64,000 nt of DNA. Source: Antedon mediterranea. Taxonomy: Eukaryota; Animalia; Echinodermata. Numbering within the stretch: position 1 is the stretch's first letter; each line of letters starts with the position of its first letter. Below the pieces are notes generated by a model, which was given only the letters and a program-made list of their open reading frames with translations, did no database searches and was not told the origin of the DNA. Location: the NCBI RefSeq assembly GCF_964355755.1, contig NC_092673.1, positions 27,711,648 through 27,775,647 on the forward strand, written 5' to 3'. The position numbers and the translations under genes were made by a program. Below are positions 24,214 through 38,680 of the stretch, piece after piece.

Positions 24214-27200
24214 CCTTTGACCTTGTGTACTTGCAATGACTTTAAATGCACAATAGACTATTTAGTGAAAGTTAAAATGTATTTCAATTTTTGTAACGAG
24301 TTGAGGATGGCTTGTGGTATTTTCAGTTGCATAACCGAATGATGAATATTATTCCAGTGTAATACTTGTATTTCAAAATGCATGTGTGCCACGGATATGA
24401 GCTGCGCATACAAGCTATTGCTTTTTTTTGTTTGGAAGAAAAAATATCGACAGCCATGCATCTTTTCAAAGTTTTTCACACAATGATGATAATTGTAATT
24501 GAATAACTTGCTGCTACCATACAACAGTTTTATGGGGATATACTGCAGTAAACATGTCATTACTGCAGAAACAGCAAGATGAGTAACTTTTGAATAAAAA
24601 CACCTTTCTTTGAACATATATAGCAGAGTTTCTTAAATGAAACAAAATAGAAAGAAGTGTTGCCATGGTTAAATTAAACAACAAGTTTAATATATTTGTG
24701 TTTTGCAAACTGTGACATATTGAGAAATATAAACGTCATTAAGAAATTACTTTCTGACAGTACAGTGTCCTATTAGTATTACATACAATTAATTTGACGA
24801 AGTTTCCTGTGATGTTTTATTTTATGGATATGTCGCCCTCTATATTCGACGTTTTTCAACAAAACAGTTTTTTTTTCTATACTGGATAAAAGTGCACAAT
24901 CAGTAGGCCAATATGGACATAGCGTTCAAATAGAGATGCATACATAAATAAATGATAGTTCGTATTAAATTTGTATGAATTTAATTATTTGGATACTCAT
25001 CTATGTCGGGCCTGACATTTTTTGCTAGTCTCTACACAAGCATGTTTATATGGTTCACAGGGAGTTCACATAAAACAACTTTGCTGGTCTATGTGTGTTG
25101 TAGTGTGAACAAGGGGTACTCCCGTTAGTTCTCCCAAATTTTAATATTCGTAACCATTTTTTTGTTTGTCTTTAAAATCATGTTCGTTTTCTTTGTTGTA
25201 TTTTCACAGAACTTTTCTCTTTGTTCGTTTCGGTATGAGGTTTTAGTTGGATGTATTTAGTGAACATATGGCGTACAAATAGGTTTGCGCATCAACGGAT
25301 TTAGGAATTACCAATTCTATTTATGCTAAAATTCGACTGATATGATTATTGTTTTAATGAACAAGTATAATATCAGCTTTAAAAAGATAATTGTTTGAAA
25401 TATTTAAAGGTTGTTTATTTAAATGTTTATGAAAGCTATGGATCTTCCCCTGACCGAAAATGAATGCAAAGACGTTTGATGGACCTCCACGATGTAGACT
25501 GTAAGCTACATTTTGTTTGTTTATTTTAAGGTCTGATTTCTATTCGTGGTTTAATTGGTATGTCTGGCATAGCATAACTGATTTTTCAATTTGTAGTCTA
25601 GCAAGAACATTATTCAACGTATTTCACAGAAAAGCACGGCAATATCTACTACTACTACTACTACTACTACATCTACGTCTATTAAGAAACGAATACTTCT
25701 CAACCCCCCCCCCCCCCACCATCATTCCTACCCCTTTGACATAAGGTCGTTAAATTTATAGGTCCATGGTCTAATTTAAACCATAGTGTAAAAAATGAAC
25801 ATCCGTGTCACGAGCATTTAAAGAAACATAATTTTAATTGAAAACGTTTTTTTCTTGATGATTTTATGGACCAATTATATGACGACACTAGTTATATTTA
25901 GTAACGTATTGTGTTTTTTGTTTAGACCTAAGTGTTTATGATAAATGTAGAAATCGTTATTGTTTGTAGTTGTAACGGTATGTACCATGAGATCACATCT
26001 AATTCCGAGTCTATTCAATGTTATGTTAATATTATTCACGTTCTCGCGTTAGTATTTAATTTACTGAATAACTTGTGCGTTCGCAAAATATTTTAACACG
26101 ATACATTTACTGATTGGATTTATAACATGCAAATATAATTATCTGTGCTGAGAATACAGTGATTATGTAATAGTTGACGTCATCCAGTTGAATAATGACG
26201 TCATCGAACTCAAATGGTCAGAATTGTGGGTGGTACGTTTGTGAGAAGTAGGCGTGCTAATTATTAGATAATGTGAAGCGGTAATTGAAATTGTCAATTA
26301 AGAAGTAGATAGAACATTACTTACAAAAAATTACAGTACAACCCGTTTAAGGGCACACGTTCGAAACCTAACATAGGTAGGCATATTCCCGTATAAGGTT
26401 GTGCCCTGAATATGGGTTGGCCGTATAGTGGTAACACAATTATATTTCCCCTCGTTCATTTCATAATACAGTTATTAACCTAATGCCAACAATTTCGTTT
26501 TGCTATCGTGATAACTGATAATAAAATATAACCTTTACTTGGCAAACAACAAAGCTAGGCCTCAATACACAGCATTCCGAGAACCGGATCTGGCAGAAGC
26601 CCAACAAACAATTCTGATTGGCGGTCAGTTACCCTTCCGATGGAATTAATCGTTCCTGTATCCTGTCATAGTTTCTGTAAAATGCCCTGAAATAGGGCCA
26701 ATGTTTACATTCGTGTAAGGCATAATTTTCTAGAAATAATTCAATCGTTTTCCGACAACCCCCCCCCCCCCCCACCCGCCAAACCTTTTCTTTCCTTCAC
26801 ATGTTTTTCGATCAGACAGGCTGTTTAAAGAATTTTGAGTTGTAGTATAATATACGGTAATTATTTACATTAAGACGGTGATTACTGATAACCGTATTTC
26901 TTTTGAAACATAATTATACAGAAACCGACGTCGTTCATAAATGCGATATTAACGACAACTGGTAGATAAGAACTCAATTGAAAGAATATTTGATGTCGCG
27001 GTGACATCAAAACACTGTCGTTTGGTAGTTATGAATTTATAGAGATAAGACAAGTGTCATACCTGTAATCAAAAGATCAAATGATGCCGAATTGTAGGTG
27101 AACTGAAGTTCACTTATAATGACCGGCCGCAGTTTACATAGAAATTAAACGTACTGCCACGAGAATATTTCGTATTTATGATCTATTGAAATGTTAGATT

Positions 27201-29308
27201 GACGGCCGGTTTTGTTTTTCTTTTAACTGTGAACAGTACAGTAGCACTAGGTTAAGATGGACAAGTGCACCCCCCCCCCCCCAACCCTGATTTGGTATGC
27301 TAGATAGAGACTTCCCCCTTTGTTTCATTCTTTCCTTGGTCCTGTGTGTCGTCTATTTAGGACATGAATACGTTGTTACATTTATGTATGTTTTCCTCCC
27401 CCCCCCCCCTTCATTCATTTATTTATCCATTCATATCGTGATTTTTAAATTAATCTATAGTCTCAATTTTCCCTAAAACAACATACAGAAAAAGCTCGAA
27501 AAGATGCCCGTGAAATCTTGGGTGGACTTCTTACTTCGTTGTTTTTGCAAACTAAAGAGGAGGGAGAGTGGGAGATTCTTTTCGAAATGAATGCTACAGT
27601 ATACATTTATGAATTGCTTATAATATTGAGACAAACTCAACATTTATAAGACAAACTGTAAAATAATAAATGTATGGCACGCCATTCGTAACCATCGTCA
27701 TTAAATCGACCCAACCAACTCTTAACAGTGGGTTTGTATTATACAAAAAAGTGTTATTATTACATTAGATGCTCCTATATTATTATTGTTGTTTTAAATG
27801 GAATGATTTCATTATGTAAACACACTAGCTTTGAAACATACTCGCGGTTTGACATTTATTATTCATTTATTATTTGCCGACTGTTCTTGGCAAGCTAGTT
27901 GGCATGGCAATGGAGACACGCAGATCAATAATGATTAGTTTTAAGTTTATGAATGAAAAAGAGCGACGACGAGATGAATGGCTATCTATCGGTTGTTATA
28001 TACACTAAACATATGTTTATTGTTACCATAGAAACGGTGGGAATTCAGATTTATTTAACGTGGTCACCTGAAAGTTGCATTTTTGTTGCATTTGTTAATT
28101 ATTCGTTATTTATTATTATCGTTCGTTATTTATTATTGGTATTAATGATGGATGGGCATGGTGTGGTGATTATGATGCCGATGACGTCACCTATTCTAGT
28201 GATTGATAATAAGATATGATTATGATGATCTATTATACGAAACTGATGATGATGAATTACATCGTCATCGATTAATGTTTTTTGTATTGTTCTGATTTGT
28301 GAAAAAATCTCTCTATTTTGTTATTGAGTCCATAGTATGAATACATAACTAATAAATATCAACATGATAACAACATACGATATTAATTATGTTGATTAAA
28401 TGATTATGTAATGATATATAATCGATGACTGTGATATTGAAGATATGATTATTTCGAATAGTATATCGTCATCATTCAACGTTATTATCATGATATGATT
28501 ACGTTGGTGATAATCATGATACATTAAAGTATAGCGAATATGATAATGATGATTGTGTAAAGATGAATTGTGCTATAATGCCCCGAGGATGACGTCACAG
28601 TACGTGACGCGATTGTGTTGTGCTCTCCTGCATACATAATTGGCTTCGTTTATGTGTTTATCATTGTCATCCGTAACGTTGTTGTTGTCATTATATTAAT
28701 CGTGATCATAATCTTTATCATCAACAGTATTGTTATAATTATTAATCTCTTTCTCCTCATATCGTTTCGTAATCATCACCAATCATTACCATCGTAGTCA
28801 TCATCATCATCATCATAATCCAAATTCTTTAGATTCAGATTCGATTTATTAAGTCATTCATACATATTACACTGATAATTGTTTTCTTGGCAGAAAAACA
28901 CAAACAAAACAATACACACATAATATTTATATTTATGATCAACATGGAACTTAACAACTGATCAAGCAATATAAAATACAAAAGACCTAATGACTTATCT
29001 TTGGAACTCTATAATCATCATCATAATCATTGGCATCATCAGTTGTCAGAATCATCGACATCTTTCTCAGTGCCATCATTCTCGTCACCACCACACCTTC
29101 ATCAAAATTATAGTACCGTATGTTATTATAAATGTTATATTAATTACCGCGCTATCACACAATGCTTAATTTATAATTACAATTTGTTAGCATGAACTTT
29201 TGCACTGTATATGGTTAGCAGATCATACTAACACTAATAACAGTTATAAAGTATCACTGTGCACAATGTGTTTTCATGATGAACCATATTGTGATACTAA
29301 CTAGCTCT

Positions 29309-29431
29309 AGTATGGAAAGCCAAATCCGCCAAAAATACATAATACATACCATCCACCAATAAATCAATCGTGCAATATTCAAACCATCCAATCTTTTCAA
29401 TCATTTTTTGGCGGATTTGGCTTCCCATACT
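29309..29431. mobile_element. Small MITE
   Basis: ~26-bp TIR AGTATGGAAAGCCAAATCCGCCAAAA / TTTTGGCGGATTTGGCTTCCCATACT. Confidence 0.7.
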
Positions 29432-29913
29432 CTAGCGCGATGCATCAAAGTGATAATCCCCATTTGGCATTTTAATGTACTTGTTTCTTGGAAACGGAAT
29501 GCTTTCGTTGAATTGAGTCTGCTTTTATTAAAAAAGTGTACTGTATTAATTTTCATTTTCAGCACAATTCTGTATAGTATTTTTCAGAATTTGTCCGGGT
29601 TGTTATTAATCTCTACCTCTCTATGGTTTTCCCCATTGCCAGCTCCGTCCATTCCGTCCTTTCCATTTCTTGTTGGAATGGAAGAAAATTTTCCTCTTTG
29701 TAGTTTTAGTGTTATCATAGCATAAATAAACTGTAAATACTCCTTTGATAAAATCTAATCAACAGGATTTTTGTTTATTATTCATATTGCAATCATAATA
29801 GTAGGCCTATTGAATGATAAATGTTGACTATAAAATATACGATATTCCTATCAAATAATAAATAGGCCTACATCGAATTAATCAGTATATTTTGAGAAGA
29901 ATAACTCGCTCTC

Positions 29914-30080
29914 GCCCTGTCTACACTATCAAACTAGTTTGATAAAAACAAGTGTGATGTGCCTAAATATGGTAGTGATGCCTAAATACGGTAGTGATAT
30001 GACATCATCATGTCCGTATTATATGGGCACATCACATTTTGTTTGTCACATTAAAGTTTGATAGTGTAGACAAGGCTTTA
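29914..30080. mobile_element. MITE family 1 copy
   Basis: GCCCTGTCTACACTATCAAACT ... AGTTTGATAGTGTAGACAAGGCTTTA. Confidence 0.85.
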
Positions 30081-32119
30081 CAGTAGCATCGGAAATAAAT
30101 ATCACACATGAGTAATTCCGTAAATTCATACAGAATTCATTATAAACAATGCAACGCTTCTCCGGCGGATCAAGACGATCGCGCTCTGAACGTTAAATGA
30201 TAATTAGTTGTACGCACACTAATGCCTTTCTATTTATGGTGTATATTATCGCCGGTTAGATGCAAATATCACGGCTCCAAATGATTATAAAATGATTTTG
30301 AGAAAAACATTTATTTTGATTAAATAAAATTATATTACCAATACTATTATAATAAAACCAATAAAATATTTATTGGAGTACTAATTAAAATTAGGTATTT
30401 CATAATAAATTTTTATTAGTGTAAAGCTCTACACTATCAAACTAGTTTGACAAAAAAAGTGTGATATGCCCAAATATGATAGTGATATGACATCACCATG
30501 TCCATATATGGACACATCACATTTTTTTTGTCGCATACAGTTTTTTTTTTCTCTCTTTTGTGGCGCAAACACCACTTTTATTCACATTCATATTATCTCA
30601 TATTACATAAAATCGCATTATTTAACTTGTAAATGTCGTTACAGTTCATAAGTACCATTTTTACATATATGAATTCTGTATTACTCCTTTTTTCATTAAT
30701 TTTCTTATATTTAGTTATACACTTGACAGGATCATCATTATCATCTATCCCGTTTTAAAATAGTTCACACATTTTCATTTGTTTGTTTCCATTTTACAAC
30801 CCGGATTATACAATATATTTATATACATGATAAAAAAAAATAAAAAAAAATACCTCAGTACCACCAGTAACCCGTATACTGTAATTCTTTTTCAGTTAAT
30901 CGTATCAAATTAGAAATTATATTATCATAATCTTATTTCTTAAAGCTACCCATTTTTCTGTACTTGTTTCTTTATTGTTATATGTTTCACATTCAATGTT
31001 ATATAACATATTGCTTTTAAATGAATTCCATAAAGATTTACCCACTGGCTTATTTAGTGCAGATAACATGTTGTCGCATACAGTTTAATAGTGCAGCTAG
31101 AGCTTTAGGTAAAACAATTTACTCGAGCCACTTCGGACATCCTGAATCGGATAACTTAGTTTTTTTTCCTCTCAGTAGGCCTACTCGAATAAACGCGATC
31201 AGTGTCGACAATTGACAGATGATGACGTCATAATCAGCACGATGTTAAAGCCCTTCAAAATAACTTAGATGTTTGTTAGTTATTTTTATAGTATCATTAT
31301 TACAACATAAGTCGACATTAAATATATAACATTTTCAATTCGGAGACGGAGTGTGCAATTTCCCCAAAGACTTCGTTCTCTTGACAAAGACAATTAAATA
31401 TTGAAAAGCTTTGTTTAATTGTTGGATTCTGCGTGTTTATACATAGAGAAAGAAATGTCTTGCTATCTTTGCTCTTGATAACAAAGATTGATGGTGAAGT
31501 TTGGTTTTTTTTTTGCTTTGAACCAGGCTTTTTCAGAACTTTAAAACCGCCAGAAGACCCCATTCAAACGACGCGTGCTCGGTTGCTTTCGTGCTCCTAC
31601 TATCATCAGTTACAATGGCACGACCCAACGCTGATCAAAACTGCCCTTTAGCGTTCCATAAGAACCGAACAAAGAGAGATAACAGTTTAAGTGATGATTA
31701 TTTCGTTAATTGTTTTACGATTCTCCAACAAAATGTTTTTTTTTCGTATTTTCAAAGTTAAATTACACATTTCCGAGGACAAAGCAGAGTACAGTATCAA
31801 TTAATGAATTGATTTGAGATGCGAGCACGGAGGATGAAAACTTGGCGTGAAGACGATCAAACAAAGCAAAACGTACACAAAGCAAACAAAGACGATTCTT
31901 TATCTTGCGACGTTATTATCCGCAAACAATGCTTAGTTCAAAGTCATGGCTATGTTTTGTGTCCGTTTAATAACATAACTCTACCTATGTTATTACTAAG
32001 TTGGGGGTGGCGCAGACTTTATGTTAATCTTTTCCACGTTTAAATTGAGGGAAAAAAAAGATAAAACCCCTAATCCATAGGCCTTATACAGGCCGGAACA
32101 GAACCGTTTTGAAAGAATC

Positions 32120-32297
32120 ACTTTGATGTTTTTGTATTACCAAGTATCATCGAAATGCACAAAATGGTCTAAACGGTTTCAAATGTGATTTTAAGCTATT
32201 CTAAGCATTTTGATGTTTTTGTGTGACCAAGTTTCATCGAAATGTACAACATGGTCTAAAACGTCTCAAAATGGATTTGAAGCTATTCTAAGCACTT
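32120..32297. repeat. ~88-bp diverged tandem duplication
   Basis: TTTGATGTTTTTGT..ACCAAGT.TCATCGAAATG.ACAA.ATGGTCTAAA...AAGCTATTCTAAGCA occurs twice. Confidence 0.75.
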
Positions 32298-35200
32298 TGG
32301 TGATTTTTTTCAAAATGTTGCCTCATATCCAAATTGTTACATTGGTTATTACCATAATGATTGAATGATACTGTTTCTACTCAAGCGAAGAGTCCTGTGA
32401 CGTCAATATACAACAAACTGACTAATGGATGGGTTAAATTTATCGGAAAATCATAATAATATTCATATACTTTTCATAGAAAAGCGGATTGATTGATATG
32501 ATAAGATCATGTGTCGTTTATTAAACGGATGAAGGGATTAGATTAGGTTAAGGTCGACAGGTAGGCCTAGTGGTCAATGGAAAGTTAGGGAGGAGGGATC
32601 AAGTAGAGACCATACCGCGTAACACAATGACGTCAGAATGTAGGACAGATCTGGTTAAGTAAACACCCGGATGTTCCGAATGTTTCACTGATCGTAACGC
32701 GCTTGTTGTTTTTATACATTTTTTTATGATTTTGTTATGATGTGTTGGTCTCTGTACAATACATCAACCTGCCTTATTACTTATTACGGAAATTATATCG
32801 GACGTCCTAAGCTTGATTCCCATCTGACGTAACGCAAGGACGCCGGCACAAAGTCCCGAAGTGAGTTGATTGACCAATCGAAATAACATCGCCTTGTGTT
32901 GGTCAACTTACATCCTTGTGTTAAGACCAATTTTACACAGACGAACGGTAATGGTAATAAAAATATAGAATCTGTTATTTATTTTAATGACCATTTACAC
33001 GTAACGCTAGATACACATGCTACGTGGGACAAGCCACGCGGTTTTCCGCTTACCGTTACCGCTTGTCTGTGTAAATGCGCCTTTACACGTCGTCCTAGAA
33101 CAACGATTAAGCAGGCCGGGTTTACGGACGTGGCCGGTTAGATGAGTTTGTTTTGCGCCTTTTTCCAGACATTGTTTTATACACCACAGCTATTTCTGTG
33201 TCGTCAAATTCCATTTTGCTGACTAATGCATGTATGGCTAACAATCGTGCATGGAGGTATAATACCTCCATGAATAGTGTGTATCTCTGGGTTATTTTTG
33301 TCACACTTTTTAATAGTTATTTGTGACGTCGTTATGCTTGAATGTTACCATTTTACAATGGTTGTTCTTTGTGCAAAAATCAATCCAATGTCATTTTTTA
33401 TTGAAGACGGTTGATGGTTAGGTATTTACGGGTGTTGACGTCACAAGGTCTTAACATGGAGGTATATCACCTCGTAGTAAGCAATCTAACAACATGATAC
33501 TCAGGTCCGGAGATCAAAGAGTTTATCTGTGGCTGCGACATAATCAGTTTCACGCCCCTTTACACCACGCGCCGCGAAGAATAGGTACTACTGTACATTT
33601 AGTACTGCTGGTATTTGTCGCAGCCAGGCATAAGATCAAAGGACTGTTACAAGTTCTTATCTTGGCAAGGCGAGTACAGTGCTCATGTTGTGTACTTTAT
33701 GAAATGTTGTTATCGACCAAAATAGAAATTACATGTATAGTCAATTGTATAAAAATGGCTTCTCGTATAATGATGCAACATTGTTCTATCACCCCACGTG
33801 CGCTCACACAAACAATGTGTGGTTTTGAAGTTAAACGATTACACAAACCAATCGCCCTGTGACGGAATTTTCCAGCGTTGGAGGTCATCATTTAGTTAGT
33901 TTACAATGCTTAACAAAATATGGGAAGCCAATCGATTTCTAAATTACTAATACCGTCTGTAGGCCTAAAGTGTTTGTTACGTCATAATGTAATGCGTACC
34001 GTAACTGTATTTAGAAATGTCAACCTGGATTGCTGATGTAAAGCATTTCATATTTATCACAATTCTGGACCCCCTCCCCCCCCCCCCCCACCAAAAAAAA
34101 CGTGTTTAAATAAAACTTATTAGAGACAGATAATGCTTGCCAACGGTAAATTTCATTGTGTAATAATCTATTGGACTCTACACTTATTTATAATAATATT
34201 TAGGCTACTAAGTCATAATTACGAACGACTGTGTGAATTATATATTTGTGTGCACTAATATTTAAACGATAATTAAATATTCTCTCAAGACATGAATTCC
34301 CATTCAATATTCCGGCGTCAAATAGACTTCAAGTTATTCATTAACATATCACGTGACATCATTGAAACGTCTTCCTCTCGATAATTACCTGTGATCTAAA
34401 ACGTTTCCATGGAAACGAAGGCTTTTCCTACACACAGGTAGAGACTTGAGCAAATTGATAACTATTTATTTGTTTGAACTTAAACCACTTCCTTTTAAGA
34501 ATCGCGCCATGTAACAAGAACAGTCTTCATTCTGAAGTACGGTAGCCTACATAAATATTTAAATATAGGCTAAATACAGTAGGCTTAATTGTGACTCGTA
34601 TGCGCGTTGGGGAGATATGACCTAACTAAGCATTTGGTATGACGTCATTTGGGGAGGAGAGTGATGAAATCTGTAAATTTTAGAAGCAAATAGATATTGT
34701 TAATTTATATAGTAATCCCTTTCAAACGTGGCAATAGAAACAACTCGGCCATGTGTCTAAAACCTATGCTATTTCATTCATTTATTCTTTATTTAGTATT
34801 CAAATGTACATATACGGTACAGCAATACAGATACAAAACTTTTTAACTAACATACATAATTACACAATAAAACAATACAATAATAATACAAAAGGACCAT
34901 TAAATCTCTGGGAGATAGTTAGTATTCGGGTCCTTACTTTCGTCGCATTCCATACTCGGAGATGAGTTTGCGTTAGTATACCATGGACCTAAAAGTACGA
35001 CCTCCACCTTATCAGAGTCAGATGACACCGAAATTACGTAATGTACGCGTGTTTAGGCGTCCTTAATAACATTGTAACGAATTATCCGACGTGTTCCCTG
35101 GAAGTATTGATTTTAGCATAAGCTTGGCGTCTATTGTTTCGTCGCTCAATTTGTCCGCATCAACAAGCACATTTAAAGTGCATTCTGGGTGTATCAATTT

Positions 35201-35481
35201 AATTGTCTTTTGACCGTGGATAATATTAATAAACAATACAATGACCTCATGTAATTATTAGTACCATTATGTTATGGATATCAATATCTCCATTCCATAA
35301 TTCATGTTATAGGACTAGTTTATTACAACATAAGCCTAAGATATATTATTGAACTCTTATGATCATAGATATTTTCAAATAAGGTTTGTTTATGTAGGCC
35401 TACGTTTATGTTTGTCTCAGGTTTATGACAAGATTTTGTACACGTCATTCGATGACTCACGCTGTGTTCCGTGCACGCGTT

Positions 35482-35830
35482 TAAGCTTGTTTTTTCCTCA
35501 CTAGCGACGCAACGCAAGGACGTGACGCAACATAAAGCGTGGTTCCCACTACCGACGCAACGCAAGGACGTAACGCAACGCAAACGCAAGTGAATTGACC
35601 AATCACAAGCGATGGCTTATTCGCTTGTGATTGCTAACTGTCTATAACTTCGCTTGTCATTGGTTAAAACGCTTGCGTTGCGTTTACGTCCTTGCGTTAC
35701 GTTCTAGTGGGAACCAAGCTTTAGTGATTTGACCAATTACAAGCGATGGATTATTCGCTTGTCATTGGTCAACTCGCTTGCTTTACGCGTACGTCCTTGT
35801 GCGTTGCGTCTGTAGTGGGAACCACACTTA
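35482..35830. mobile_element. MITE family 2 (TIR AAGCTTGGTTCCCACTAG..), one copy nested in another
   Basis: An inner palindromic copy at 35535-35721, flanked by TA, sits inside an outer copy. Further copies at about 49265-49428, 50830-50970 (rearranged) and 55721-55867. Confidence 0.8.
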
Positions 35831-37432
35831 AGCACGACACGTCAACCTGTACATTAGCATCAAGTATGTTAGCTGTACTCTACAACCGTGGAATTATGTA
35901 TAGACAATTTCCGTTATGGTTTTTAATTGACACTGAATAACAAGTCCCTCGTGCCAAAGTCTACAAAATGTTTTGAGATGTTCAAACATTTTTAAAATAC
36001 GTATTCGGTTTAAAAAACATTCATTAGATAGGGTACGTTGATCATAAATCATTTTTTAATCATAGGCGTATATTATTATTCACTTGTGATTAGGCCTACT
36101 TTATTGAAGTTAAAGGCACTCGTACTTATGACATGTATTTGAGATTAGATTTGACAATATCGAAACATTTTGATATGAATAATGATAACTCATCTTCCAT
36201 AGATGTTATCTCCGTGATTCAGAAGTTCCGTTGGTCGTTGTGCGCCTCATGCTGTATTTGAAAATACTGACGCGTGATTGGAGGAGGAGGAAGCGTGGAC
36301 AATCGACGCCCGCAAAAGGCTAATCGTAATTAATTAACTAGTGACGTAATTTGGACACGTTTATGTAGGCTACTCTTGGCAACGGTATATCGTGATCTCC
36401 TTTAAACCGCCATGTATTGCGTTGTATGATGATATAATATAATTCAACCTATTATTAAGTTATTTTAATGGAAAAAAAAATCGCTAAATTTAGCGGATTA
36501 CCTTCTTCCTATACGTACGTGCACATCCGGAAATCGTCAATGTTCTAAATGTAAGGCTTATTTTTGTTTTAAAGACAAATATCAATCTATTTTAGTATAA
36601 TACTATAACGCCTTTAATACTTTAATTCAATTCAATAAAATTTAAATCGTAACGCCCTAACCTTGAGTGCGCGTGTGTACGTTTCGTAGGATAAGGTCAG
36701 GGATTATGCAATATGAGGTTGCAAGGACGACGTATCGGTGTACAGTTAACAAATCTTAAGGCTGTGAAAATACTGTGAAATGTTTGTATTTTTTCTTACA
36801 TTGACGAAAAATACGTGTTAAGTCCAGTGTTTATTGGTGGGAATCGTGATGGTAAGGTGGCCATAGACTACTGAATTCGACAAATTATATTAATGCAACA
36901 AATTAAATTCACCAAATCATTTCACCCTTTTTAAGGCCTCCCTCCCCCTCTTTAAAATCTTAGATCCGCCACTTGGACGGTGCGCATATGGTTCCCACGT
37001 ACCACAATGTCGTAGTAGGCCCAGGACAGGTCATATAGCAGGGAGCGTTACTCATCCCCGGTAGAGCAATGGTCAAACCTTTCTTCCTATCTTGATCTGA
37101 AATGATTTCAATTTTATAGGATGTTCTATCTTCCTTCCTATTAGATATTGAGTCATGATTATTCTCTTTTACAGCATCCCCCAAGGACCTTGTCAAATAC
37201 ACCCCGCCGACAAAAGGCACTGACACGTGTACTGACTTGCTTGTTACTTTGTATTCTGTTAGGCCTACTACAAGTAAACAAAATACATATTTATGAATCA
37301 CACAACATGGAAATATTAGTCATTTAACGGGGAGGCGAACCTATCTGAGTACTTCTCTTCATTAATAGTCTGTTAAGCTATAGCCTGTGTTGATTAATAT
37401 GTATCATTTGTTTGAATTGTAGGCCTACTTGT

Positions 37433-37870
37433 GGGTGTGGTGTACTTGTATTATAGGAGTCATCTCTTTTAAGAACGCACGCATCATCATCAATCATAAA
37501 ATATTCATGAGATACACACCCTGCTGCTTTTATGTGTAAAGTTGAAGCTAGTCTGAAGTGATGCTTATTAAACTATTATTATGGGAGTCGTCTCTTTTAG
37601 AACGCACGCAGCATCATCAATACAATGCATATCAAAGGTGATGTTTAACGTTGAAGCTATAGCTATATATAGCCTATTATGCGCATCATTGTTGTACGTA
37701 AGGTGGGGGTGAACTATTACTATGAGAGTCATCTCTTTTAGAACGCATGCGCGCATCATCATCAATACAATGCATAAGGTTATGAGTGTGACGTTGATAG
37801 CGTGCCTATGCGTGGCATCATTGTTGTACGTAGGGTGTGGTGAACTATATAGGAGTCATCTCTTAACGCA
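37433..37870. repeat. Diverged ~130-145-bp tandem repeat (about 3.3 copies)
   Basis: Recurrent GAGTCATCTCTTTTAGAACGCA.GC..CATCATCAAT blocks near 37456, 37585, 37725 and 37853. Confidence 0.7.
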
Positions 37871-38151
37871 TAATATATTCTTGATACACACCCAGAATGT
37901 TTGCGTGTTGTAATAAAATTTAAAAATCAAACTTTAAAGGTCAGGTTTTGTCGGGTAAATTTGATCTATTGTTTTTCTAAATGACATTAAAATGACCTTA
38001 CAGAATTAGGAGGAACATATCTTTATACAATTATTTACGTTAAACCAGTAATTAGATACGTACGTTGTCAACAAATCTTCATCTGGTAATGACACTGGTT
38101 TAACAAAGAATTGTATATACAATTATATAAATATAAATCCAAAGGCAAATA

Positions 38152-38680
38152 ACTGAAAAAATGACAATGATGTGGGTATCAGTGGCTGGATCTCAATGGA
38201 GATACAAATAAAATAAGCACTGAAAAAATGACAATGATGTGGGTATCAGTGGCTGGATCTCAATGGAGATACAAATAAAATAAGCACTGAAAAAATGACA
38301 ATGATGTGGGTATCAGTGGCTGGATCTCAATGGAGATACAAATAAAAAAAATGCGAGAAGCTAAATCAAGTAAATCAAAGTAAAACAGCCAGAAAAGTTA
38401 TCAGAGTTTTCGGGCAACACTAGCCCTTCATCAGTGCATATAATATACAAATAGAATTGTATATTTAAAAAAAAAACATTTTTCGAAGATAAAGAGGGAA
38501 TACATCTTTAAATTTAATCCGTTGCGTGAGAAACGTAAAACAATACCAATATCAGTGCATATATAATATAATATACAAAAAGAATTATATATTTAATATA
38601 AAACCATTTTTCGAAGATAAGGAGGGAATAATTATATCTTTAAATTTAATCCGTTGCGTCAGTAACGTAAAACTATACCT
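38152..38680 (-). mobile_element. Penelope-like remnant with a 67-bp tandem repeat and a decayed hammerhead
   Basis: 67-bp unit x2.9 (38152-38347); minus-strand CUGAUGA-A-GGGC..GCCC-GAAA at 38408-38434; duplicated NGLN-encoding block at 38478-38545 and 38605-38675; related copy at 47546-47712. Confidence 0.55.
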
